Source: Promethearchaeota archaeon (GTDB lineage: Archaea; Asgardarchaeota; Lokiarchaeia; Sigyniarchaeales; SOKP01). Taken from it: a DNA stretch of 40,148 bases. The stretch is from the NCBI GenBank assembly GCA_016926735.1, contig JAFGOA010000107.1:1-40148 (forward strand), read 5' to 3'. A program made the position numbers and the translations under genes. Every line of letters starts with the position of its first letter. Position 1 is the first letter of the stretch. Below, piece after piece: positions 39,317 through 40,148 of the stretch. The notes under the pieces are model-generated. The model ran no database searches and had not been told where the DNA came from. It was given only the letters and a program-made list of their open reading frames with translations.

Positions 39317-39703
39317 TTAATTTTCTTTTTTTAAAAGTGAATTATATAATGTATATCCAGATAAAAGAGTTAATATTGCTCCAAAAATATAATCCATCAT
39401 TCCAATTGGAAGATGTTCTGTTTCATTTAACATCGCAATTAATCCTAAACCTAGGATGATAATTGCAGCATATTTTTGATTTTTTAAATTCAATATACCC
39501 ATTATTATTCGAAGGCTTCCGACAATTTAAGCGAAGGATCCTGTAGTTGTTAAGCTTTCAGAAAATTCTCCTTGGATATATGAAGCTGCTATTTCTGGAA
39601 AAAATAGACAATATATTGCTCCCCATAACTCAATATATGCAAATAAAAACAATGTAATAGAGGTTGCAAATTTAACTAATTTATTTTTTCTTTCTTCATC
39701 CAT
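39317..39703 (-). pseudogene. Small membrane protein with an internal stop
   Basis: ATG at 39703 is in frame with ORF 39317-39502; single TAA at 39527-39529. Confidence 0.6.
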
Positions 39704-40148
39704 AAAATCATTTCTTATTGATTATTTTAATATAGATATTGTTGATCCTATATATATGTCTTAATTAGACTATTTATTGTTCCTCTATAATATTCTTTCT
39801 TATGATATTCAAGCTATATATATTGTTAATCCTACATACATATTAGTAAACTTATATATATATCTAGTATAATCTCTAAAACATAGGTCTTTTCTATGGA
39901 AAAAGTAAAGATTTTGATATATTAGAATTTGATCTTTTAATATAAGCTTGTATTTCTAAACCTTTATCAATTGAATTAATGTTATTTGGATTTAGAAATA
40001 AAAAATTAAATTAATTTAGAAAAAACCAAAAGTAAGTTATTACTACCTTATTATATAATATAGATATATTTTAAATTTAACTGAGTTTTAATTTTCTATT
40101 CGGATATTATGGTTTTTATGTGAAACATATTCCGATTTCTACTTCGAA

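Noticed and set aside
39527-39529. Stop-codon readthrough or recoding
   Set aside because: TAA ends most genes here; a nonsense mutation is simpler.

Overview
Very AT-rich accessory region. GGTGA/GGAGG ribosome-binding sites, TATA boxes, zinc-ribbon proteins and a longin-like ORF suggest an archaeon, probably Asgard/Lokiarchaeia-like (inference). The left part holds defence-type genes: mcrBC, a stand-alone nurA-herA pair, an orphan Druantia druA, and an AAA ATPase-PD-(D/E)xK fusion with a small partner. The middle holds a GT4 / radical SAM-SPASM / WG-repeat methyltransferase / NAD-epimerase operon preceded by an unannotated 41-aa Asn-rich repeat peptide, a RiPP-like layout. The right part is a string of unrelated one- or two-gene modules: nucleases, HEPN, three toxin-antitoxin pairs, an IS1-like element and a 2-kaa gingipain-cohesin-dockerin protein. 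The main signal is a short site, CGTGAAA-TAACTG(A) or its core-inverted form CGTGAAA-CAGTTA. It occurs about 18 times (8 exact 14-mers), always in the same orientation and at gene or module boundaries from 3.9 to 39 kb. This suggests an integron-like cassette array with a non-attC recombination site; no recombinase is visible in the window.
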